A stretch of 64,000 nucleotides of DNA from Tubiluchus corallicola (lineage: Eukaryota > Animalia > Priapulida). Every line of letters begins with the position of its first letter. Within the stretch, counting starts at the first letter, position 1. The notes beneath the pieces were generated by a model. The model had not been told where the DNA came from, did not search any database, and saw nothing but the letters and a program-made list of their open reading frames with translations. The position numbers and the translations under genes were made by a program. Shown piece by piece: positions 40,401-54,500 of this stretch. The stretch is from the NCBI GenBank assembly GCA_030141605.1, contig JAQGDQ010000001.1:2914001-2978000 (forward strand). The letters are read 5' to 3'.

Positions 40401-43400
40401 CTGCCATCACCACCACTGTAACCATAAGCTGTTAAGCTAGTTAAGCCACTATTTTCGGTCTCCACTATCAGTTATAGTGTAACTTTTGTAGTTGAAGTAG
40501 TAAATAATTCGAATTATTTTTTATGTTCAAATAGAATTCGTATTAAAAAAAACTCGTCCAAATTCGAACGTTTGATGCTCACCCCTAATAACAAGCACAT
40601 ACTTTTTTTCATGAATATTCATTGCTGCACAATATTTTTTATGGAAAACGTCATTGCTTAAAAAGCTCCATTCACATTTTGCCAAATTCAGAAGCAGATT
40701 CGTTATTTCTGCATACTAAATAAACTACTTGTATTTATTTTGTTGAAAAGGTTTGTAATGATTCATATCGATTACTTTTGAAATCTATACATTAGTACAT
40801 GTTGTACACAAATCTATAAATGTTGTACACATTAATGCCGCATGGGTGTAACTTGAATAAAATGGAAAATGCCGATACTGTTTTTCAATTTTGCAAAACC
40901 TTACCAACATTTTTTTAAGAAAAAAGGTCATCTCCAGTCCACAACAAAATTTTGAAAGAGACAGAGTAACCTTAATTATGGAACAGATCTTTAATCATAT
41001 GCTATGTTTAATTGCTTGATAATCTTAATTTCAAAATTTTTATTATAGAATAGATTTCTATACTCAGTACTTCATGTCATGCGTAACATACATTAATTTA
41101 TATCATTACAAAACAGTATTCCTAAGTTATGAGGTACATTTTGTCACAATAATCAAGTTCTGCGTAGCGAAGGATAGTGCCTAAAACTGCACAATAGTAA
41201 ACAAAATAACAAAATCATCCTCTTCATTGTCATCATCAGCAAAACCATCAACACTCCCACGATGTAGAAAACTTACTTCAAAAATAACAATAGTAACTAA
41301 CGGCATTTTTATCTATTGGCTGGAAAATTAACAAAATAACAAGATATAAGAAATTAGATGGGCGTGTTACAACCAAATATTTGGAAAACATCAATAGTTC
41401 GTTAATGTATCAAACAGTGAGAGCCGGTAAAAAGATAAAAACAGCAATCAACTGTCCACAATATTCTACAAAATTATCTGTGTCATTAAAATGCATTTAT
41501 TATGATTGTTAATTTGATATATGTCACTGTAAAAATGCATTTCAAGTTTTCAATGTTCATATTTCAAATAAAAATGCTGTTAGTTACTATTGTAATTTTT
41601 GAGGCAAATTTTCTACATCATGGGAGTGTTGATGGTTTTGCTGATGATGACAGTGAAGAGAATGATCCTGTTATTTATTTTACTATTGTGCAGTTCTAGG
41701 CGCATTGAAAACCACTATCTTTTGCCATGCAGAAGTTGATTTTTGTGGCAAAACGTACCTCGTAACCTAAGAATGCTGTTTTGTATTGACGCTCATACTA
41801 CATATAAATTAATGTAAGTTACCGAGAATGACATGACATGGAGTACCGAGAATACAAATTTATTCTATAATAAAAATTTTGAAATTAAGATTATCAAGCA
41901 ATTAAACATAGCATGTAGTTAAAGATCTGTTCCATAATTTAGGTCTTACAGTCTCTTTCAGAATTTTGTTGGGGACTGGAGATGAACTTTTTTTCTTAAA
42001 TAAATGTTGGTATTAGTATTAGTGCACATTCAACACCTAACTGATAGTTGTTTATTAACAGATAATTATTGACGTAAACATGCTTGCATTTTGTTGCTCA
42101 ATGATAATAAATATTGAATATAAAGCGTAAATAAATAAAACTACAAATTATTCCTGGCAGCATTCTAACTAAAAATTGAATGTCTAATCTATTCACTTGT
42201 CACATTCTGTTTTTGAGTAGACTATTTTTCTATAAAGAAATAAACATATTTATAATGTAATAATGGTCCGTTTGCGGCTGTTGAACCTGGTAACTGATTA
42301 AATTAGGGAAATGTATGTGGATAGTGCTTAAAAGCACAAAATAACGATGTTTCGTTAGCAACCATTTAAAGGGCATTTTAGCCTTTGAAAATGACTCTTC
42401 CAACAAAAAGGAGTCAATGGCACAAGAGAGAAAAATGAATGGGGATGTTATTTCAGTAGTGATTTCAAAACACATTTATAAATGAAAACTCAAAAAAGTC
42501 AAGACACAATTTCTAACTTTTAAAATTTAAAATGTCATTTATTGAATGTGTACCAGTCAGTGAGAGACTACAGGTAAGTAAGAGTTTGAGTTACCAGCTA
42601 CTTGCGCTATATTCTGCAGCTAACACTTAACTACATTACCCGAAATTTCAGCTAATAGATGAGCTAGTAGCTGTAGTAGTTAAATCACTGATATGTATAT
42701 TAAACTAAAGAATCACTTATGCAAGATTATCAAATTACAGCATTGTAAATTTGATAATATGCGTCACTATTTTTGACGTATACATATAAACATATTTTAA
42801 ATATAAAATATTATATATTATACACGTATAATTGACAACCAAACAACAAAATTTTACACAATATTTTGCTTTAAAAAGAGAATTCCAACCTTGACTGTAG
42901 TAGAATTAACTGCACCAGCTCTGACAAGTCTTGGAGGTCCTGAAGGCCGCTCAGGATATGTTCTCACTATAACGGGGATGGACTCTGGTCCTCTGCCTTC
43001 TGTGTTATAACCTTGAATGGATATGCTATAATGCTGCCATGGATGTAGGCCTTAGAAAAAAAACAAAGTGCAAACTTGTAAATATACAACGTTACACAAT
43101 TCAGAAATAGACAATAAAAATGACATTACAGCATTACTTGTAAAGTGTAAAGTAAATTACCAACATCATAAATTTAATGTCGGTTAAGATAAAATGTTAC
43201 AGTGTTAATTGCTATCTCGACATAGAAGACTTCTTAAAATATAGTTGCCAAATGTTACTTTGGAAGAAAAAATTTGAAATTTATACTGTTGTTCACCATA
43301 TTTAAACCAAAAACAGTGTACAAATTAAATGGACAAAATTAATTTTACATACTGTATGAGGATTGAAGTACTTTTAGAGGACTGAAAATATTATCCCTCA

Positions 43401-46302
43401 TAAAGTTGAGTTGTCTCACATAAATAATATGCTAACTAAGACTGAATAAATATGGGCTATTCTACCATACACTGTGCTAGACACACTACCTTTCACTCTT
43501 TGGTAAAAGTCACATTAACAAAAGTGGCTGTTGGACAAGAAATTATTAAGAGCTTTTAATTGTTTTTATGGCTTAAGCTTTTTTATGGCAGTTAGAGTAA
43601 TGAAAATTGCAAATGCATTCCTGTTTTAATCGCTCGCTGATAATGACGGAGAAAGACTCATCAACTGTAAGAAAATGCCATAACAGCAGAAATTAAAATG
43701 ACATCACTACCTGTAATATTTATCTGAAGTTGATCAGTTATTGCTTCACTGGGTGTTGATGACAGAGACTCAGAAGCTAGCCCATATTTCACCACATATC
43801 CAAGTAATGGTCCGTTTTTGTTTATAGTTGGTATGTCTTGCCATTGAACATGCACTACTTTAGACGACAAAGCATTAGCTGAAATATTGGCAGGTGCTTC
43901 TGAAGGTGCTGGAAATAAGATAAAGATAATTAAGATTATCATTGTGCAATGTTGCATAATGATAAATTTATGTCAGCTGCAAGTGAATATTTATTCAAGA
44001 AAGAGACAGACCCTACTGCCCTACTGTAACAGATTCTTTCAAAGCTGCCTCATCATAGAATTCTTCCTCAATTGTACATCCATTTTCACTGAACTTTGGT
44101 TAAATGTACATAATGTTATTCTTCATATAGCTTAGACTAATCCAATTAAAAAGCCTTACATTTTTCAGTGTCTGCTTTTACTGCATATTTTACAACAAGA
44201 ATGCTAAAAAACCCAAGAATATGTATTCCTGGATATGCTAGGGACCTCTTTAAACTACCTAATAATCTCACACTTTGATACTTCTACAACTTGAGAGCTC
44301 TACATAACATGACATTATTCAGTTTGACAAAAAATGAACTAAACAGAATAATTGAATATGTTCACCAGCAATTAGTGTTTGTATAGTCAGTATGTCTGTT
44401 GCATTTCCCCATAGCTGATAGCCATTCTCAGTTAATGCAGCCTGGACCTTAGCTTCATATGCTGTGTAAGGATAAAGATTGCCAAGAGTGTGAAAGACAG
44501 TAGGGTCATGCGTCGCAGGTAACTGTTGACCTGTGAAAACTACAAACAAAATGGAAAAACTAACACGGATGATTAAAAAACAGATGTATAAAAATAACAC
44601 AAACATGTTATTAACAAAAGGTATAAGGACATTTTGAAGGCTAGAACTGACATTTTTTATTTAAAGTTTGACACTATAAATAAAAAGTAAATCTATTCAT
44701 CCAAGATCGTTATTCTTTTAACAATGCTTCACACAATAATTAGCCGAAAAACAATTTAAAAATGCAAATGTGCTTCTCCATAGAAACAAATCAATCAAAA
44801 CATTTGTAAACAACATTATACCCACTCAGCGATCTACTCCACATTGAATAAACTATGTACTAATGTAGGAGCTTATGTAACTCATGTTAATCTTTGAAAC
44901 TATGTATCATTTTAAAACTTACAACGAGTAGACTGCAAAAAATATGGTGTCAAATTTTAAGCAATTGTACATTCAAAACTCAAGATGGTGTCCAATATGG
45001 CTGCCGACTATTCAAGGTTCTATATTCTTGGTTCTAATTAAGTGAAGCTCACTGTTCAGGTGTCTGGTTATAGTACCTGTTAGTGCCCATAAACGACTAA
45101 AGCTCATAATGAATTATTTCCTTGGTTAAACCCGATACTTCAGTCTCCCCAGCCAAACCTCACAGAAGAGTTTCATGTACAACAACAATCCACACCGCAA
45201 CAGTGATGACAATGATGAAATAAAAACTACTAACAATACAACAACACCGGAAACAGCAAGGAAATTTCTGAAAGCCAAAGACAATCAAGGGATTGTGAAA
45301 CACCAGTCAACCAGCGGGAGTCCACTGCATAATCTTAATGTAAATGTAAGTAAAAAATTATTAACTACTATTATTTCTTGTAGTCAGGTATGCATAACAC
45401 TGATACATTTTCTTGAATAAGTGATAAATCGTTACGAAACATTCACTCACTTTTTTCTGTTTTTCCCAATCATTTATAATAGTAATTCTGCATGATAGCG
45501 GCATGTCAACCAGCAAGTGTTTATGAAACAAAGGCCAGTGAGGTGTGGCTTAGTGCCACCTGAGATCTGTGTATTACAGGTGTTCTAAACAGCATGCAGC
45601 ACTAGTGGCTCGAAAAGAACTTCAAAGTACACCTTTCCTCTTTACATTAATATGTTTATTTTTTCAAGGGGCCATTTACTTTTAAAATCGATTTTTTAGG
45701 CTGTTGGTGCAGTATTTTGTAAAATCTGGGTGGGTGGTTTAGGAAAACGCCAATTCCCAGAAGCCAAGTGCCTCCCACAAAATCTAATTATGCCTACTTC
45801 ATCCAACACTGAATGGGCTACCCAACTATTATTGACATGATACTGGCATGCTCATGTCCTCTCAAACTAATGAATTTTTGTGAAAAAAAATGGCCACAAA
45901 CAGCAATTTTTGAGGTGTTTTACTGCCCGTTCTTCCCAGTAGCCGCGATTTGAAAAAAATGCCAAGAAGACTATAATAAATCGCAACCTTTCATTTGATG
46001 TATAAAAAGCCGAAAAATGTGCAGTAGTTCAAGCTACAACTGAGCTAGTTGCACATGCAAGCAGAATGGCAGAGAATCGCGGGGTGGTATAGAACTTGGG
46101 ACATACCAAATGGGATATTTCGCTTTGAACTTGACCTGTTTATGGACTACTACTAGCCATCTGAACGATTAATTTCACTTAATTAGGAGCAAGAACATAA
46201 AAGAGTTCACAGTTGGCAGCCATCTTGGACACCATCTTGAATTTTTGGAGACAAATTCAAAAATTCTAGGTGGTGTCCATCTATATATACATATATAGTA
46301 TC

Positions 46303-46333
<31 letters not shown>

Positions 46334-48543
46334 TCAAAAATTAGCATGAATTTCACTTCACACAGGATAAAAAATGCTACATAAGCTACTATACTAAGAG
46401 AATGTAACCATCATAGAGAATGCATTTTTAGAATTATAGGCATAGTTTCAATAATTGCAGGAATTATACATGAAACACAAATAGTTTCTTCACTATTAGA
46501 GCCAAATTCATTACAAGTTCAGATTATATTTGTATAAAAACACAAAAACACAACCTGTTAACTCATTATTATAATTATAACAAGAATAGTGTTGTTTAAT
46601 CAAAAACAAATAATAAACTATTACCTGCATCACCAGTTTTCCTAACCAGTATTCTGTAGAAATCGACAGGTCTATCACTACTAGCAAACAAAGGAATTTC
46701 CCAAGTGATGTTAGCCGAACGAGCACTGATGCTGTGTAATTGAAGATTTCTGGGAGCACTGGCAGCTATAAATATTCAAAACTTGTTACACTGAAATATG
46801 AAATATTTTTTGTATTTTCGGATCACACTACCTTTCGATAGTACATTAATTACAAAAACTATTAAAAAAATGCAGCCCATGTTTTCTGCCCACAATCTCC
46901 GCATCGAGATGGGCAGGTGGTCGAGGACCCCTATACAAAATAGAATATGCTTCTGTAAAGTCGTGAATTCGCCTCTGCAGTCAGAGTGTGATGTAATATG
47001 TGGATGCCCTCTATCAGCAGCTGTTCGGTTGGAATATACATCCATCAACTTTGATAGTTTGCTATTGGTTTTTAACCACAACAATGTTAGTTCTAGCATT
47101 GATGCAGTGGCTAAAATTCTCCGTATATATTTGTAAATGTGATATATTATGATGTATTGGTAATTACATGTTGTAAATTACCAACTTATGAATTAATAAT
47201 CACACGTTTACTATCTTAAGTGGACTAACGTAATCATATCGAGTATGTGTTACTACGAGACATATGTGAATGCTGTAATTGTTAACTAAACTTATATTGG
47301 TCAATAAAAGCAATTGAATTCATATAAGAGAAAAACCCAATTTGGACATATGCAATATAAAAATGAGATGGTTCAGCTAAGCCACAAATGTAATAAAATA
47401 TTATGCAGGCACTTAAGTATTAGCTGTAGAAGTCCATAACAGATGTCAATATGTCAATAACAGTTGCCACTATTGACAGATAAAAACCTGGTGGCAATCA
47501 TGTCGCTAATGAATAACTGTTTCAGGTTGTACAGTAGGCATGTCATAGTGCTTTGATAGTAGTATCAGTCAACTTTCTAACTCATACTTACCAGCTTGAT
47601 AAGTTTTTGCCACAAGAATATTACTGACTTGTCCAGGGCCCAGTTCATCTCCAGCAATGATTCTGAACAAATACTGTGTATCTGGATGCAGTCCATCAAC
47701 TTTTACATGTGTGACATCCGTAGGAACATTTACAAAGTTCATGTAAGTATCACTAGACCTGGAACATTTTTTTCAGTACATTGATCGGGAAACACAACTT
47801 AAAACATTGATGTAATCCATACGCAGAAATGCCTAAAACTACAAACAGATGAAGTAATTGTGAACAATTATGCACTAAATCATGCAAGTAAATTTAGAAG
47901 TACTAACAGCAGCTACTAGCATATTAAGTTATAGCAAATATAAGCCCAAGACTAAAAATGAGAGCCCAGAGTTGGTTGTCCAAGGTTCAGCACTGCAAAA
48001 AGCCTGGCTAAAAGTGCAAACCAGAAACTTTGCATTCCAATAATTTAAAGCTAATAACAAGCACACTTATATCTTCCACTGCTAAAAAAATGACCAGACT
48101 AATGTTTGTCTTCACTAGACTTTACAGTATTGAATCAGATAATATGAAGAGTAATCAACTTCTCATCAAAAAGGCTATATGTTAAAGGGAATTCAGATGT
48201 GGGAATGGCTATGGGAATTCAGTAAACACAAAAAATACCACCTGTCTCTGTATTGTACAGTATAGTACATAGCATAATTGTTGGCAGGCTTCTTGAACCA
48301 CGTCAACTTAACTTCAGTGCTAGATATAGGATATGCTGATTGCAATACTGGTGGTACTGGTACTTCTGAAAAAAACATAGTTTTCTGCTGAAAAGCTTAA
48401 CATAAAATCATATTTTTATACACTGACTTGTTTATTTATATTTTTTACACTTCATAAATATTGGCGCTTTTTAAAAAGTGAATTCAAAGAAAATACACGA
48501 TAAACTCATAACAGATCATCAACATCATCACGATCATGATCAT

Positions 48544-48580
<37 letters not shown>

Positions 48581-51500
48581 GTCATTGTAAGAATAGAAGT
48601 CAATCCGAGCAACAACTAAGAAACATACCCACATGAATGTATTTAAAAAGGTGAACAAATACTGCTAGACAAAATATACAATGTGAAAGGAAAGAAATAA
48701 GTCGCACACTTCAAGTACCTTTTACTTGAATGTTAACTAGTTTTTCTTGTGTCCTAGCTGCATTTATTGCTCGGCATACATATGTACCGGCATCTTCCAA
48801 CCGTACAAACGAAATCTTTACAACAGCCCTGCTGCTGTTATGTAGTGAATGACTCGAGAAAACGTCCATGACGTCTTTGCGATATTTAGCTCTACCAAGT
48901 GCAAGTTTATCGTCCTCTTCCGGAAATGAAGAAACAGTAATTCTAGCATCACGGTCCCTGACTACTCTTTTTTCACCTGCAAGAAAAGTAGTTACTCAAA
49001 CAAATGTGGAATGGATGTTTACACAAAATGCGGTTAATTTAGAAGAGTGACTAGTGAAGTAATACATTCACTAAAATGTTTTAACTGGTAAGTAAAACAG
49101 CTACTAGCAGATTATTACTGTAGGATCTTAAACAATTTTCCCTTGAAAAAAATAAAAAGGGCCAAAAAATACCAATCTATATGCTCAATATAAAGAACCT
49201 AAAACAAAAGCCAAATATTTCAACACGTTTCTACAAGAAATTTATTGTAATTATTTTTAATTTGGAGTTATTATAATTTTATTTTATTTTAGCATTTTTA
49301 TGATAGGAGGTGATCATGACAAAGTCTACTATTACATTGACCAGATGATACATATAGGCTAGTAGATAAAATTACGGGAATTAACTGCAACACAAATGCT
49401 TTTTGTTCTTTCTGAATCAGTATGTTACTACAAGAGTATTCCAGATAAATTCCACCCATGAATTAGCCTTGGGGAAAATTTTTTTAGGGCCAGTTGAATT
49501 TTAGGCCCAGATGAGCACTTGAAAATGTACAGATTTGTGCATGGCAACGATGAACCTATACAATACTATAGCCATGTAACATATGAGAATTGACTTTGTT
49601 AGTATTATTCTGTGCACCACTGTGGTCATCTGGACAATAACAGAAAAAAATTATCAATAGTCCAACAGGGTGCACCTCAAAATAGCCCAAAATTTCTTTA
49701 TTGGTACTTTATTGGTATTACCTACACAGTTACGCTGCTCTCGATAAACTCTAATTATATAAAATTACATTATCAGCGGTTGCTGAAGAGTGGGGCAGTA
49801 GTTGGGCAGAGGGCATTTTGTGAAGCCACACAAAAGGCCATGTTAACTAAAATATGTTCATGTTCAAATTATTATGAGCATTTTATATCATATTATATTA
49901 AATTTTATGTGCATTTAATGCTGTCTGACCTAGGTTACCATATATGGCTAATAATGTAATGGCGCATTCAGACGTAGAGACTTCTCCTCTCGCAATTTTT
50001 TTCTGAGAGTAAAGTTACAACATGTGAATGGTTTGACAACTTCTCTCACAACTTGTTGTACATGTGAACAACTTGGCAACTTCTCTCAGAAAGAAGATGC
50101 GCGACAAGTTGCAAGAGAAGTCTCTACGTCTGAACGTGTCATAAATGTTACCCTCATAAGTTGGTTACTATCGTTACTGTTTATCTTAGCAGCAGCATTG
50201 ATAACAAGGTTAAATTGAAAAATAAATTAGGTAACCACAACTTTCATCAATATGCAAACTGACAACAAATCTTAACACTCGGGAGAGGCTGCTGTTGTTA
50301 TATTAATGATTATATTATATTATATCACATTATATTACATTAATGTGAAAAATTTTTATCTTAGCAATTATCCAATAGCAGCTATAGTACAAAGTATTAA
50401 ATATTCTGCATGCTCTACTTACAAAAATATCAATAGTTTTTTGCATAAAATCCATCCAAATCTTGCAATTACGATGACTGTATAAGCGGATTTATCTAGC
50501 AAATGTAACTGATAACAGGGTTGGCTGCCATAAATTGACCAATTCTTCTTCCTCACCATTTCACCAGGAACCGAAGCATTATTCATTAAGTGAGGTGCTA
50601 CAGCCCTGACAGAGTTATTATCAAATCATTCCCTATTGGTGCTGGTAAAGCAAGTGTTGATTCTTGAACAGGTCTACGTATGTGGCAAAGTTCACTTTTT
50701 TAATAAGAAGTAGTGCAAGCAGAAGCAGTGATTAGATATCTTTGTGAAATCAGAAATCTATGAGCTGTGACAATATAGACATCACACAGCTACATTTACC
50801 TCTGTATCAGGATTCGTTTTCCATTTTCTTAGGTAAGCTCATAATAATAACAGACAGGTTCCGGCAGAGATATGATGAACAAAAGCTTGTCGAACCTTTA
50901 GGCACAGACACATCTTAACTTTTCTCAGCACTTCACTCACTCACATGGTGTAATGCTACCAACACAGCAATGTTATAAACAAAGAAATGTCTTTGCAAGT
51001 CGCAAAACAAAATAATTATAGATGATTTGAATAGTTTAAAGTGCTTAGGGGTTGAGCCAAAGACAATCACTTGTAAAACTTTGATACGCTAAGATACAAT
51101 TTTTTTGCAAAAGGAGATCTTAATAGCTGTAAATTAGCATCTTCTTCTTCTTCAAAGTCTCATTCCACCTATTGTATGCATTGAGGCATCAACATTTATA
51201 AGAGTATTCCATTTATGAGAGGAAATTTTGTGTAATACTACATACATAACATCCTGATTCAGAAAAAAGCAAAAGCATTTGTTTTACAATTAATTCCAAA
51301 AAATCTGTTCTACGGTCAGTCTAATAATCATTACATTGTTCCCTTCAGATTTTATTTCAAACCACTTGTTCTGACAAATAAATCAAATAAAATTCAAACC
51401 ACAAAAAAATTTACTACTTTAATTTCTCTAAGACATTCTCCAACGGATATTAGGCATTTGATTGGAAACAACATTTTCAAAACTTCCAACAAATTTCTAT

Positions 51501-54500
51501 GTAGCTGTAAAAACCAGCATTGAATGCAAATTTTTATTCTGCTTTACACTGTGCTTAGCAGAAATGTTAAATAAGTGAAAGCTCTCACTAGCTTGACATT
51601 TGCATATTTAATTACCAACAAGAACCAAATTTTCAAATCGAATACGACGTCACGTCTAATGTCAGACAGTTATAACTACTGCTATTTTGTATTATTTTGT
51701 AAAAGCTATCGCAAGCTTTCTTTAGCAAGGCTACAAATATCTCACATTTGCTTTGTCAAATATTTATCTAGGCACCACAAAGTGCAAACAACAGTATTAT
51801 TATCTTTGACTAATTCATATTTGTACATGTACAACTCACGAGTCCTGTAATCAATTGCAGACAAAATGAAGCATTATCAGGGGTGTGGTAAAATAAATAC
51901 CAGAGTAGATATTTTTACACATGCCTGTACGATATCTCTGGCTAACTAGGCTCATTTCTCATTGAAAATATGTCTCAATATGTCTTAAAAGAAAACTATG
52001 TCAAATTGCAAAAATGACATACAAACTTCTGACTGCTGCTGCATGTATCCCATGGCTTCCTGCCATTGTGATGTCATCTCTGCATGTACATCAGTTGTAT
52101 GTGCACGCGCTTATCGCCAACTTTTGCATTTCAACAATAATAATTTTCACTCTGTATGCCATTAGTTGGAAGATTGCAAGAAAACAAATTTTGCAAGTTC
52201 GAGATCAAAACCAGCAGATCAGCACAAAGGTAATGGAGATCAAAGAAACAAAAACTATGATCCTTGTGACTCTTGCGTTTGTAGCTTGTTGGGCACCATT
52301 TTCTGTTTTTTCGCTCATTAACGCACTTTGTATGCCATGTGATTTAATACCATCAATAATACTCACATTTTTACATGATTCGGTTATTGTAATAGTGTGG
52401 TCAACCCAATTATATATGCAGCTTCAAATAACAAAAATGCATGTGCTTCTAAATATGTATACTAATCAAAGAATGATTTTATCCTGGAACAATGTGCTCT
52501 CTAGACATATCGCTATCAGGAATGGAGTATGACAAGCGGCTGTGATTTCACCTCTATTGTTCGTCATATATCTGGATGGGCTCTTGGTCAAAATTTCCAA
52601 ATCTGGTTCAGGATACTTTGCTGGAAACAAGTACTGCGGTACACTATCATATGCACATCATTTATCTTTACCAGCCCCCAGTCAGACTGCAATGCAGAAT
52701 ATATGTGAAAAGTATATTTCGCATATGTTAAAGCAAAAGCCAAGTCTCTCGGAAAGTTGAGCTTATTTAACATTTGAGAAAAATATTAGAAAATTTCAAC
52801 AATGAAATTGTAAAAACAGCCTCGTGTAATTAGTAAAATCAATTTAAAGTCCCGATCACTTCATGCTTGGGGGAGCTCAATTTGAAAGAAACATGGCATC
52901 ATCCGTTTACCATGCAATATAACACTTATTCTTCCACGTGCTTCAGCAACCTTTTTTGACTTATAGAGTGATGACTTATAGACTTATTATGTTTGATGCA
53001 AATAATAACAAACCCAACATTTTTAAACCAAACTTATGCTGGCAAGAACATCACTGACATGGTGCACTGAGGTAGCTCATCTTGGGCATGTACTAACCCA
53101 AACTTAGATGATGCTAACTATATAAGTCATAAACATAGCAATTTTATATGCAGAGCTAATAATGTAGTTAGGAATTTTCCATTCCTCAACAGTTGTAAGA
53201 AAAGACAGGTATTTATGACCTATTGTCACCTATTGACACGAATGACCTATTGGTTACTTTGCAGTAACCAAATTTGAAAACTTGATAAAGCCAATATTAG
53301 TGATATTATCATAGCCTAGAATATGTCCATCTGTAAATTATGGAAGCTGCCAAATAAAATTCATTTTACCACAAATCAATAAAATTTCTTACCCAAGTAA
53401 ACAAACAAGAGTTCATTAAATTTTACGTAACTTATACAACTGTGACAATACGTTAATTAGTCGTTCTGCTAGGCAAGCCGCATTTTCAATCTGTCACAGG
53501 TTATAACTACTGCTGCCTAACTTTAACTATAATAATAACAATTGCACTAATTTCATTAACAAGAATAAAGTGAGACAAAAGACAGCATTGTGAATAGCAG
53601 ATTTCACCCTATGTCTGAGGAAGCAATTGTTCCATAAAAGATGATACTATAAAAGAGTTGAATGCAACGATAATTTTTTAGAACTGTAACTTAAATGAAA
53701 TTATAAATTAGCTCTGCGCTAGTTAACTTTTAATGTGTATCATGTGTAAAAAATGGCATGATAGATATGTTTTTATTTATGAGCTGTACAATACCAATAC
53801 TTATATTGTTGTGTTTTGATTTTTTCTTCCATTTGGTTTCATGTACTAATATTTTTATGTATATATTGGTTAGTATCAATGTGTGTGTGCTAATCCTGTA
53901 AATTCTTTTCTATATAAATTTGTATTTTCGTTATAATTTATTGTACTGAACTATATGTTAATAATAAATGGCATAAATAAACCAAAAAAATAAATTCTCT
54001 CACAAAATGCTTAATGCAAAGACAAATTACCAAGCATATCTAAGCTAAACACTTGCTGGTGACAAGGCTGGCCAACTAAGCTAACACATTTCAAAGGACC
54101 CACTTTCATCTTAAGTTACATATATTCAATGTTGATGGGAGAAGACATCGGCAAGTTATAAACTAGTCCGCTTTCAAATAGTCATTCAGAACCTTAACAA
54201 CCTTGTTACAAACAAAAATGACAGAAACTGCAAATAGAAATATACAAGAGCATGGAAACCATAAACATGGAAATAATCGACGAAGCTGCTGATGATATGA
54301 GAATTTGTGCTGTTATCTTAAACCATCAAAACCTGAAAGCTGATCAAATGAATGAGGACTGTTGTTGGGTGTCATTTGTTAATCTTGAAAATTTTGCAAG
54401 CATTATCATTATCTTACAAGCATTTTGTATAAGTTATATTCCTCATGAAAATATGAATTTGTTAAGTAAATATATGTGTAGCCATTTACTACATTAATAT

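Noticed and set aside
41502-41699. 65-aa ORF with a hydrophobic start
   Set aside because: Lies across the spacer and right arm of the foldback; no recognisable domain or splice context.
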